From: the human T2T-CHM13v2.0 reference genome, Homo sapiens
Strand: one strand, 5' to 3'
Length of the DNA: 64,000 nucleotides
Assembly: GCF_009914755.1 (NCBI RefSeq)
Contig: NC_060937.1
Numbering within the stretch: position 1 is the first letter of the stretch; every line of letters starts with the position of its first letter. Below are positions 40,941-51,785 of this stretch, piece by piece. The notes below the pieces were generated by a model, which worked only from the letters and a program-made list of their open reading frames with translations, did not search any database and was not told where the DNA came from. The translations under genes were made by a program, and so were the position numbers.

Positions 40941-41722
40941 CGATTAATGAATTCAACAAAGTTGAAGGGCAAAAATAAGTATAGTAAAATCAGTTGTATT
41001 TCCACATACCAAAATTGGACAAATGGAAAATGAAAGATCTTAGGATGAAAGCATTTCATTTTAATCATGAATTAGCTGTTGGTTTTTCATAGAAACCTTT
41101 ACTGAGGTTGAGAAATTTTCCTTCTATTTCTAGTTTGTTCAGCGTCATGAATGGGTGTTCAAACTTGTCAAATATATTTTTGGCATCTGTTGAGATGATC
41201 GTGTGGTTTTGTTGTTTATTTTCTCTTTCTTTTTAATCCCACAGTTAACATCTTTATATTCACTTGATAGAATATATTATATTTACTGACAGATATTAAT
41301 CTTACATTCCTGAAAGAAATCTTATTTGGTTATGGTGTACAATTCTTTTATACATTTTAATATTTGGCTTAATAGTATTTTATTGAGGATTTTTATATAG
41401 CTTCATAAGAAATATTGATGTTTAGTTTTTTTTTATTTGTTTGTTTTTATCTTTTTCTTTTTGGGGTGGGGGTTGCCATTGTCTGGTTTTGGTTTTCAAG
41501 GTAATATTCATGTGAAAGAATGAATTGGGAAATAGTTCTACTTATTTTATATTTTGGAAAAGTTTGCCAAGGATTACTAATGATTCTTTTAAAAATGTTT
41601 GGTGGAATCCACTAGTGAAACTCCCTAGGCCTGGCTTTTCTGCATGTGATGTTTTAAAATTACTACTTCAATATCTTTATTTTCACAGGTCTATTCAGAT
41701 TTTCCATTTCTTCTTGAGTCAG

Positions 41723-42086
41723 TGTATTAGTGAGTTCAGAATGCTATGACAAAATATTATAGACTGAGTATCTTAAACAACTGAAATCTCTTTCTCACAG
41801 TTCTGGAGTTTCTGGGACATCTAAAACCAAGGTATTGAAGAGCTAGGTGAGGGTGCTATTCCTCACCCTGCCCTGGTGAGGGCACTATCCCTCATTTTCA
41901 AAAGGCTGTTTTCTCACTGTATTCTCTCTATCCTGTCTCTTCGTAGAAAGACACTAATCCCATTCATGAAAGCTCCACCTTTATGACCCAGTTACCTTCC
42001 AAAGATCCCTTCTCCAAATACCATCACATTAGGGATTTAGGCTTTGACACGAATGTTGGGAAGACACATGCATTCAGTCTATAGCA
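41723..42086 (-). mobile_element. MaLR solo LTR MLT1A/MLT1A0
   Basis: TGTATTAG...TTTCTCACAGTTCTGGAG...CACTAATCCCATTCATGA...CATTCAGTCTATAGCA; 5-bp near-TSD GTCAG/CTCAG. Confidence 0.85.
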
Positions 42087-42136
42087 CTCAGCTTGAGTAA
42101 TTTGCTTGTAAAATTTGTTAATTTATCTAGGCTATC

Positions 42137-42527
42137 TAATAGGGTTTGACTCTGTGTCCCCATCCAAATATCATCCCGAATTGTAATCCCAACATGTCAA
42201 GGGAGGGACCTGTAACTCCCACGTGTTCCGGGAGGGAGGTGACTGGATGATAAGAGTGGTTTCCCCCATGCTGTTCTCATTATTAGTGTGTGAGTTTCCA
42301 TGAGATCTGATGGTTATATTAAGTGTTTGGAAGGTTCCTCCTTCCTTCTTCTCTTTCCTGCTGCCTTGTGAAGAAGGTGCCTGCTTCCCCTTCACCTTCT
42401 GCCATGATTGCACGTTTCCTAAGGCCTCCCCAGCCATGTGGAACTGTGAGTCAATTAAAATTCTTTCCTTTATAAATTACCCAGTCTTGAGTATTTCTTT
42501 ATAGCAATGTGAAAACAGACTAATACA
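42137..42527 (+). mobile_element. MaLR solo LTR THE1D-like
   Basis: GGTTTGACTCTGTGTCCCCATCCAAAT...GGAACTGTGAGTCAATTAAA...ACAGACTAATACA; near-TSD CTATC/GTATC. Confidence 0.88.
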
Positions 42528-42834
42528 GTATCTAATTTGTTGATATACAGTGGAATGTTCCTTTATAATTCTTTTTACTTTTATAACATCATTGATAATA
42601 CCTCTTACTTCATTCCTAATTTTAGTAATTTCCATCTGCTCCCTTTTTCGCTTAGTCAGTGTAACTAAAGATTTGCTGATTTTGTTTATCTTTTTAAATA
42701 ACCAACTTTTCATTTGTTGATATTCTCTATTGTTTTCTGTTGTCTCCCTTTTTGATTTCTATGCTAATATTTATTATTTTCTTCCATTTGCTTTCTTTAG
42801 GTTTAGTTTGCTCTTCTTTTTCCATTTTTTCCCT

Positions 42835-43642
42835 TTTTATCATTTTTTTATTTTTGTATTTTTTATTTTTTATTATTATTATACTTTAAGTTTTAGGGTA
42901 CATGTGCACAATGTGCAGGTTAGTTACATATGTATACATGTGCCATGCTGGTGTGCTGCACCCATTAACTCGTCATTTAGCATTAGGCATATCTCCTAAT
43001 GCCATCCCTCCCCTCTCCCCCCACCCCACAACAGTCCCCAGAGTGTAATGTTCCTCTTCCTGTGTCCATGTGTTCCCATTGTTCAATTCCCACCTATGAG
43101 TGAGAACATGCAGTGTTTGGTTTTTTGTCCTTGTGATAGTTTACTGAGAATGATGATTTCCAATTTCATCCATGCCCCTACAAAGGACATGAACTCATCA
43201 TTTTTTATGGCTGCATAGTATTCCATGGTGTATATGTGCCACATTTTCTTAATCCAGTCTATCATTGTTGGACATTTGGATTGGTTCCAAGTCTTTGCTA
43301 TTGTGAATAGTGCCACACTAAACATGCATGTGCATGTGTCTTTATAGCAGCATGATTTATAGTCCTTTGGGTAGATACCCAGTAATGGGATGGCTGGGTC
43401 AAATGGTATTTCTAGTTCTAGATCCCTGAGGTATCGCCACACTGACTTCCACAATGGTTGAACTAGTTTACAGTCCCACCAACAGTGTAAAAGTGTTCCC
43501 ATTTCTCCACATCCTCTCCAGCACCTGTTGTTTCCTGACTTTTTAATGATTGCCATTCTAACTGGCGTGAGATGGTATCTCATTGTGGTTTTGATTTGCA
43601 TTTCTCTGATGGCCAGTGATGGTGAGCATTTTTTCATGTGTT
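42835..43642 (-). mobile_element. 5'-truncated L1PA3-like 3' end (ORF2 C-terminus, 3'UTR, T-rich tail)
   Basis: ORF 43083-43637(-) is an open ORF2 C-terminus ending SLIGGN; 3'UTR diagnostics AGGTTAGTTACATATG and GCTGGTGTGCTGCACCCATTAACTCGTCATTTAGCATTAGG. Confidence 0.92.
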
Positions 43643-43989
43643 AGAAGTTTAAGATCTTTATTTGAGATTTGAGATACAAAGACATCCCCAGCTTGGACTG
43701 AGAGAATCAGAGACAGCACAATATGATGAGAGATCTTTGGATCCCCGGAATTCTATTGGCAGTCAGCAGGCTGAGACAGCTACTCAGTAGCAGATGCACG
43801 CTATTTTTTATTAAAAACGGAAAGGTGATGCAGAGGCTAGAAACAAGAGCCCAGATGGCAGAGTTTACAACCATGGAGAATTATTTTCAGATCTTGAAAC
43901 TGAATCCAAGAACTATCAACATTTATAAGTCAGAATTTCTGTGGGCTACTTTCTCTCTTTGTTCTCTCAATTCTCCCCTTTTGGAACAA

Positions 43990-44327
43990 AGGTGTCTATA
44001 GTGCATGCTCACCTACTCCTATTCTTGCCCCTAGCTTTAGACATCCTTTGTCTACCCCAATATTATATGCTGGTGTTTCTTGGGGTGGGGATGGGGTGCT
44101 GATTATTTGTCTACTTTCACAGGTCTGAAGAAGTTGCACTTGCAGTATTATACTCAGGGAACTACATCTGTGTTTTCTTTTTTTTAGATCTGGACCTGAT
44201 TTACATGATGAAATTGTGGACTTTGAACAGATGCCATAATGAGATGATAATTTAGAGGCACCTTGGAAGGGATAGAGTGCATGCTGCACAGTAGAGAAAC
44301 ATGACTTATTGGAAATCAAAGTGAAGT
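43990..44327 (+). mobile_element. MLT1-int 3' internal remnant
   Basis: GGACTTTGAACAGATGCCATAATGAGATGA... directly precedes an MLT1F LTR. Confidence 0.55.
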
Positions 44328-44891
44328 CCCCGATAGGCAGGCTCTAGGATGGCCTTCAGTGAACCTTGACTCCTGGCATTTGTGTTCTTATGTTGTAATT
44401 CCCTACACTTGAATGTGGGCTGTACTTTTTCACTTGCTGCTAGTGAGCAGGATATGGCAGAAGTGATGTGTGTTTTCCATCTTTGGAGATCCCTTTTGTT
44501 CACCTCTGTCTCTCTATGCCTCTCTCTCTCTCTCGCTCGCTCTCTCTCTGACACCTAGCTCTGGGAAATACAAGGTGCCACATTGTTTGTATCCCTATGA
44601 ATATGACCACATGGTAAGAAACAGTTGTCTCTAGCTAACAGCCACTGAGACCTGAGGCTCAACAAGGCTTGAGTGTGCTTGCAAGCAGTTCCCCTTCTAC
44701 ATGAGCCTTGAAATGACTGCATTTCCAGGAGATATCTTGATTGTAGCCATATGAAAGTCCCTTAGTTAAGTCCACACAGATAAATTTTTCTAATATCCCA
44801 ACTTACAGAAACTGTTAGATAATAGAAGGTCTTTGTTTTCAGCTGTCAAATTTTGGGGTACTTTTTTGCACAACAGTATATAATGCATACA
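44328..44891 (+). mobile_element. MaLR LTR MLT1F-like
   Basis: GGCTCTAGGATGGCC...CCCTACACTTGAATGTGGGCTG...ACAGAAACTGTTAGATAAT...TTTTGGGGTA...ATACA. Confidence 0.8.
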
Positions 44892-45484
44892 TTGGGTTAT
44901 ATAATGTCTTACTAAACCTGAACTCTGAATTTTATAAACATGGCATCTTACAGCCCCCAGAAACCATGGTTTTTGTTAACCATAATGCACTTATTTCACT
45001 ATAACATAGAAAGACACCATATTCATTATTCATGACACACACATTATAGTAATATTGGTAAATGCTATAACAAATTTCAAACTTGCTATCTAAGAATCTG
45101 CCCAATGTCAACAAAGTTGTTCTTCAGTTTTCCCAGAGGAGATTGTAGAAAAGAAAAAGATTCAAGCATAAATAAATTTCTAACAATAATATAAATTACC
45201 TTTATATATATATGTGTGTGTGTGTGTGTGTTCTCTTTATAAGACCAAAATAATAACATATTCAAACTTTTAGCCTGAATTTCTGTCATCATCTGAGAGA
45301 TTGAGTTGCATTTTCTGTCTTAAAATTTTGGCAACAATGTATTTCATTGTGTAATTGAACATAAACATTGAATCAGTGATAACCATTATATTTTAAAGTC
45401 ATTGTAGCCTGAGCTACAAACTAAAATGCAAAATAGAATATACCATCTCAAATCTGATGAACTTAATATAAAAGTTAAAATAAA

Positions 45485-45737
45485 GCTGGAGTGCAGTGGC
45501 ACGGTCTCGATTCACTGCCACCTCTGCCTCCTGTATTCAAGCAATTCTCCTGCTTCAGCTTCTTGAGTAGCTGGGATTATAGGCCTCTGCCACCAGGCCG
45601 AGATAATTTTTTGTATTTTTAGTGGAGACAATGTTTCACCACGTTGGCCAGGCCGGTCTTGAACTCCTTACCTTGTGATCCGCCTGCCTCGGCCTCCAAA
45701 AGTGCTGGATTACAGGCATGAGCCACTGAGTCCAGCT
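45485..45737 (-). mobile_element. AluS (Sg/Sc-like), lacking its 3' end and poly(A)
   Basis: Antisense Alu starts abruptly at GCTGGAGTGCAGTGGC with no TTTTGAGAC tail region. Confidence 0.9.
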
Positions 45738-46265
45738 GCCTTTTCATAAGTTAATTTTGGTTCTAATAAAACTATTCTTTAGCATTGTGGTAAGAATACA
45801 ATAAAAACACACCATCAGTAATATGAAGCTAAATTACTCGCTACTTAGGTTTTTATAGCTAAGTGTTAACTGGGAATATTAGCAATGCACCTGCTATTTC
45901 TCTACTAGTTTGTAGTTAATGTCTCTGCCTACTTTTTGGTATATTTTCAAATTAAGATATGGATAGATAGATAGATAGATTGATAGGGATTGATGTTTTA
46001 TTTTTTCTCTGATAATCTGTTCTTATAGCATTGTCTTGTTATAGTAAACCATTTCTCATTGATATAGACATTTTTTACTGCTTGACTATATCAATAAATC
46101 ATCAGGCTCAGTTATAACATTAATGAAATAATATAACTACAGATTCAGATAATGCCATCTTAGTACTGAATAAAAACCATCAAGAAGTAATGTCCTTGAG
46201 TTGAAGAAAGATGCAGTCTAAGAAATTATATAGGCAAGGAAATTATTAAATATACCAGAGAATTA

Positions 46266-46350
46266 TTAGGTTGGTGCAAAGATAATTGTGGTTTTTTAAA
46301 TTAAAATTAGTTGTAAAATCCTCAACTAAATTACATTTGCACCCATGTAA
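46266..46350. mobile_element. MADE1 (Hsmar1-derived MITE)
   Basis: TTAGGTTGGTGCAAAGATAATTG...ATTACATTTGCACCCATGTAA with TA on both sides. Confidence 0.85.
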
Positions 46351-47441
46351 TAAGTTTGTTGAAAAGGATTTTACAGTTTTGATGATGGATTATAAAATTT
46401 AAGTGAGTCATAGAGAGAAGTGAATAGAAGATGTCTTGATGAATGGTGAATAAATGGCAAGGTACATGGATTAGAGACAATGACAAAGTAAAAGAATTGT
46501 GGCCATTCAGATTCTCATTTTCAGCATGCATTTACTATGGAAGCATCATGACTGCAAGGTCTACCAAAATAAGGAAAGACTTCTTATTTATGAAAGATGA
46601 CTTCTTATATGTGAGATATAATTTGATCCATGTTAATAAATAAAAGAAAAATTAAAATCGTAGTGTGAATCAGAAAATGGAAAGTGTTTGATTTTTTTCG
46701 ATATGTTTCTAGGAAGAACCAGATAGCAAATCATTATAACGCCCCCCACCAACTTATAATAGTGAAGAGAGAAACTGTGGCTATAACACTATACTATGTG
46801 TTTGATTATATGATTCTAGAACTAAATTTCCTTGATTTTATAAAAGGATATTGAAACTAGTTTCATTATGTCCTACATAGTTGCATATTTTTGTCTCTGC
46901 CAGAAATCTTGAATACCTTTTTTCTCTTTTGTGAGCTCTGTCCTCCCCAAAACTTTTGACTGTGCTTTGTAGAGCTGTTGATTCATTATCAATTAAATTC
47001 TTCTTGTCTTCCACATTTCCTTAAATGTTTTCATTGGCCGTATTTCTTAACTGTAACCTAGTTTTCCCCTGAAACTTTTGCGATGAAGATTTTAAAATCT
47101 CCTATATCCCATGTACCTCACAGCCAACGTTGAAGAAGTTATCCTTTTTAGTTTCAGTTATTCTTCACCTTGATTCTGTAAAATTGTGATACTTGAAGCT
47201 CATGCTTTCAAACTCCATTTCCATGCCCTCTCCTCACTGCTGTAATATGCATACCTTCTGATTCATTGTAATCTTTATATTGAAAACTTGAGAATCTCTT
47301 ATGTATTCATCCTCTTCTCCACTAAACCTATGATATCATTCTCAGTGTCTTCAACATTAATGTTGAGGATTCATACAAGAGTTTGTTTTTTTCAGTTCCA
47401 ACATTTCCTCTACACTCTCTTGACTACCATGCCAAAGGACA

Positions 47442-47592
47442 AGCTACAGAATTCATGATCACTATTAACGATACCACCTCCAAAGTCTCTATTTCAAATA
47501 TCTCACTTTTGAAGAGCCACAGAATTCATGATCACTGATAACAATACCATCTCCAAAGTCTCCATTTCAAATATCTCACTTTTGGAGAGCCA
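47442..47592. repeat. 73-bp tandem duplication (2 copies)
   Basis: ACAGAATTCATGATCACT...CTCCAAAGTCTC.ATTTCAAATATCTCACTTTTG at 47446 and 47519; 7 mismatches. Confidence 0.92.
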
Positions 47593-48209
47593 TCATCTAT
47601 TATTCCTGCTCATGTGCTCTGGGATCCTCAAAGTCATAATCCTTTGAATTAATTAATATCTAATCAAATAAGTCCATCATTTTATTCACTTTATTTACCA
47701 AGTAAACCAGCTTAATTTCACTATTTTGTAGCTACCCTTACTTTTATTGGTAACTCCTCAAACTCAATATCATTATCTGTTGGATCTCTCCATCTATGCT
47801 TGTTAAACAAGCTTGATTTTGTTTGTGTGTTTATTAATTCTGTCTCACTTAACTATGGTAATATAAACACTATGACAATAGAAATGGGGTCTACATTGTT
47901 TGTCTATATAGGACTAGTAAATTGTAAAGAAAACTTGATAGTAGATGAAAACTAAGTGGAAGCAAGACAGCTAGATATTTCCAGTAAAAATAAAGAGTAT
48001 TTTAAAGGGCAAAAGGAGGCAAATAATTTCTCTTCTGGAAACAGATCTTTTTAAAGTTTGTATATGTGGATGTAAAATAGATTAAGGATCTCAGTAAGGA
48101 CCATATCATAAAATTTTCATATAAGACGAAATACATCTATTCTTTAACCAAGAAGATGGGGATAATTTTTATGCAAGAATTGGCAGAGAAGAAAATTTTG
48201 TTTCTTCAA

Positions 48210-50027
48210 AAAAAATCAATACAAATATAAGTAAAACAAAAAGCTGGTTCTTTGAAAAGATAAATAAAATTGATAGACCATTTGCAAGATTAACCAAGAA
48301 AAGAGAGACAATCCAAAAGAGCTCAATTAGAAACAAAATGGGAGATATTACAATAGACATCACAGATATTAAAAAAAAATCAAGGCCACTATGAACACCT
48401 TTATGCACATAAACTAGAAAACCTAGAGTGGACAGATAAATTCCTGGAAAGATATAACCCTCTTAGCTTAAATCAGGAAGAAGTAGATACCCTGAACAGA
48501 CCAATAACAAGCAATGAGATGGAAATTGTGATAAAAAAAATTGCCAGAAACAGTCCAGGACCAGTGGGATTCACAGCTGAATTCCAGCAAACATTCAAAG
48601 AAGAATTGGTACCAATCCTATTGACACTATTCCAGAAGATAGAGAAACAGAGAATCCTCCCTAAATAATTATATGAAGTCAGTATCACCCTAGAACTAAA
48701 ACCAGGAAAGGACATAACCAAAAAAGAAAACAGACCAATACCCCTGATGAACATAGATGCAAAAATCCTTAATAAAATATTAACTAACCGAATATAACAA
48801 AATAATAAAAAGATAACCCACCATGGTAAAGTGGATTTCATACCAGGGATTCAGAGGTGGTTTAATATATGCAAGTCAATAAATGTGATACACCACATAA
48901 GCATAATTAAAAACAAAAGTCACATGATTATCTCAGAAGATGCAGATAAAGCATTTGACAAAATCCAGCATCCCTTCATGATTAAAACTATCAGCAAAAT
49001 CGGTATACAAGAGGCATACCTGAATGTAATAAAAGCTACCTGTGACAAAACCACAGCCAACATAATACTGAGTGGATAAAAGTTGAAAGCATTCCCTCTG
49101 AAACTGAAAAATGACAAGGATGACCACTCTTTACTTCTATTCAACATTGTACTAGAAGTCCTAGCCAGAGCAATCAAACAAGAGGCAGAACTAAAAGACA
49201 TCCAAATCAGTGAAGAGGAAGTCAAACTGGCACTGTTTGCTGATGATATGATTGTATACCCAGAAAACCCTAAATACTCCTCAAAAAAAGCTCCTAGAAA
49301 TTATAAAAGAATTCAGCAAAGCTTCAGGATACAAAATTAATGTACATAAATCAGTAGCTATCCCATATACCAACAGTGACCAAGTTGAGAATCAAATAAA
49401 GAACTCAATTCCTTTTACAATAGCTGCAAAATAAAAAAAAAATTTAAATTAAATACTTAGGAATATACCTAACCAGGATGGTGAAAGACCTCTACAAGGA
49501 AAACCACAAAACTCTGCTGAAAGAAATTACAGATGGCACAAACAAATGGAAACACATCCCATGCTCATGGAGGGTAGAATCAATACTCTGAAAATAACCA
49601 TATTGCCAAAAGCAATCTACAAGTTCAATCCAATTCCCATGAAAACACACCACCATTCTTCACAGAACTAGAAAAAAACAATCCTAAAATTCATATGGAA
49701 CCAAAAAAGAGCTCTAATAGCCAAAGCAAGACTAAGCAAAAAGAACAAATCTGAAAGCATCACATTACCTGATTTCAAAATATCCTATATGGCCATAGTC
49801 ACCAAAACAGCATGACACTGGTATAAAAATAGGCACATAGACCAATGGAACAGAATAGAGAGCCCAGAAATAAACCCAAATACTTACAGCCAACTGATCT
49901 TCAACAAAGCAAACAAAAACATAAAGTGGAAAAAGGACACCCTATTCCACAAATGGTGCTGGGATAATTGGCTAGCCACATGCAGGAAAATAAAACTGGA
50001 TCCTCATATCTCACTTTATATAAAAAT
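48210..50027 (+). mobile_element. L1PB-type ORF2 (RT region) internal fragment
   Basis: ORF pieces [20 protein letters not shown] and [11 protein letters not shown]; ends at CTGGATCCTCATATCTCACTTTATATAAAAATT without a 3'UTR. Confidence 0.9.
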
Positions 50028-50103
50028 TCTCAAGCTTTTTGATGGTGGCATACTAAACTAGCATAGCATAGCATATTCTTGTTGTCCACAGTACGTAGTT
50101 GTT

Positions 50104-50512
50104 AGTATTAGTTTACTAGGTCTCCCTAACAAAGTAGCACAAACCAGGTGGCTTAAACAGCAGAAATGTATTTTCTCACAGTCGTGGAGTCTTGAAGACT
50201 GAAAGCAAAGTGTTGGCATACTTGGTTCCTTCGGAGAGCTGTCAGGAAAGGATTTGTTCTGGGACTTTCTCCTTGACTTTTAGATGGCTTTCTTCTCTTT
50301 GTGTCTCTACACAACATATTCCCTCTATGAAGGTCTGTCACTGGTTTCAAAATTCTCCTTTTTATAAGAAAGCTAGTCAAATTGGATTAGGGTCCACCAT
50401 AATGACCTCATTTTAATTTGATTAAATCTGTGAAGACCCTGTCTTCAAACGAGGGAGTGGAGTTTAGGACTTCAACATATTATTTCTGAAGGGCACAATT
50501 TAACCCATAACA
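50104..50512 (-). mobile_element. MaLR solo LTR MLT1B/MLT1C
   Basis: GTATTAGTTT...GGTGGCTTAAACAGCAGAAATGTATTTTCTCACAG...ATTGGATTAGGGTCCACC...TAACCCATAACA. Confidence 0.85.
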
Positions 50513-50606
50513 CTTCTTGAAATAACTCATTGATTAAAAAAAAATTGAAAAGAAACAAATAAAACAAATAAAAATTTGCTCAGTATTTTTTAGCATTTTA
50601 CTATTA

Positions 50607-50968
50607 CAATAGTTCCTCCTTATTCTCTGGGGATATGTTCCAAGACTCCCAGAGGCTGCCTGAAAATTGGATAGTACTGAACTCCCTATATACTATGGTT
50701 TCATGATTTGATAACCAAGGTGGCTACTAAGCGACTAGTGGGCAGGTAGCATACCTATCGCAGATATGCTGGATAAGGAACAATTCAGGTACTAGACATG
50801 GTCTAGGAAGACAGCATGAGATCTCATCAAGCTACTCAGAATGGTATGCAATTTAAAACTTACAAATTGTTTATTTCTGGAATTTTTCATTTAATGATTT
50901 TTGCACTGCATTTGACCATGGGTAACTGAAACCACAGAAAGCAAAGCCACAGATAAGGAGGAACTATT
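50607..50968 (-). mobile_element. MER44A-like (Tigger7-derived, Tc1/mariner) MITE
   Basis: TIRs AATAGTTCCTCCTTAT / ATAAGGAGGAACTATT with TA flanks; internal TTGTTTATTTCTGGAATTTTTCATTTAAT and GGGTAACTGAAACC. Confidence 0.85.
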
Positions 50969-51159
50969 TAATTTATTTTATAAAATAAATATGATTTTAT
51001 GCCCAGAATTTTATATTACAAAATGTCTAATAAAGCAATATATTGCAAATTACAGAATTAGCAAAGATTTACCAATAGTATATTCTAATTGGAATGTCTG
51101 CACATAAAATGAAACTGTATGAATTCATGTCAAGGTATATATCTGCTTTGGAAAGCAAT

Positions 51160-51785
51160 TTTTTAAAAATTATAGCAAAAACACTTAACATGAGATCCAC
51201 TCTCTAATAAAAATTATGTGTACAGTATAGTGCACATAATTCAACTTTCATAACTGATACCTTATCCCAGTGGAACAATTCCCCATTTCCCCTTTTACCT
51301 AGGCCCTGGCAAAAACCATTTCTATTATCTCTTTCTCAGTTTGACTATTTTAGAGAGCTCTTATAGTGGAATTATGCAAGATTTGTTTTTATGTGACTGT
51401 CTTATTTCATTTAGCATAGTGTCCTCTAAGTTCATCCATGTTGTTGAATACTGTAAGATGTAATTTTTAAAGGTTAAATAATATTCCATTTCATGTATAT
51501 ACAACATTTTTAAAATCCGTTACTCTGTTGAAGGGCATTTAGGTTGTTTCTTTGTCTTGGCTACTTTGATACTGCTGCAATTAACATGGAAGTACAGATA
51601 TTTCATTAAAATCCTGATTTCAACTTTTTAAATATATGCTCAGAAATGAGATTTCTGGATTGTATGCTAGTTCTATATTTAATTTTTTGAGAATCCTGCA
51701 TACTGTTTTCCATAGCTGCTGCACCATTTTACCTTCCTGCCAATAGTGTACAATGGTTCCAATCTTTCTACATCCTCACCAACAT
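51160..51785 (-). mobile_element. L1MA/L1MB 3' end
   Basis: ACACTTAACATGAGATCCACTCTC...GTGACTGTCTTATTTCATTTAGCATAGTGTCCTC...CATCCTCACCAACA. Confidence 0.85.

Larger units (their letters stand above)
39470..43680 (-). mobile_element. L1MB-type element (3' end at about 39470), rearranged and hosting MLT1A, THE1D, L1PA3 and other inserts
   Basis: L1MB 3'UTR text at 39480-40000; antisense ORF2 at 41036-42830 (e.g. ORF KSWLFKKINKISKSL); sense-oriented RT piece at 40645-41035. Confidence 0.75.

Noticed and set aside
47442-47592. Repeat-spacer or CRISPR-like array
   Set aside because: Only two adjacent copies with no spacers, in a eukaryotic context
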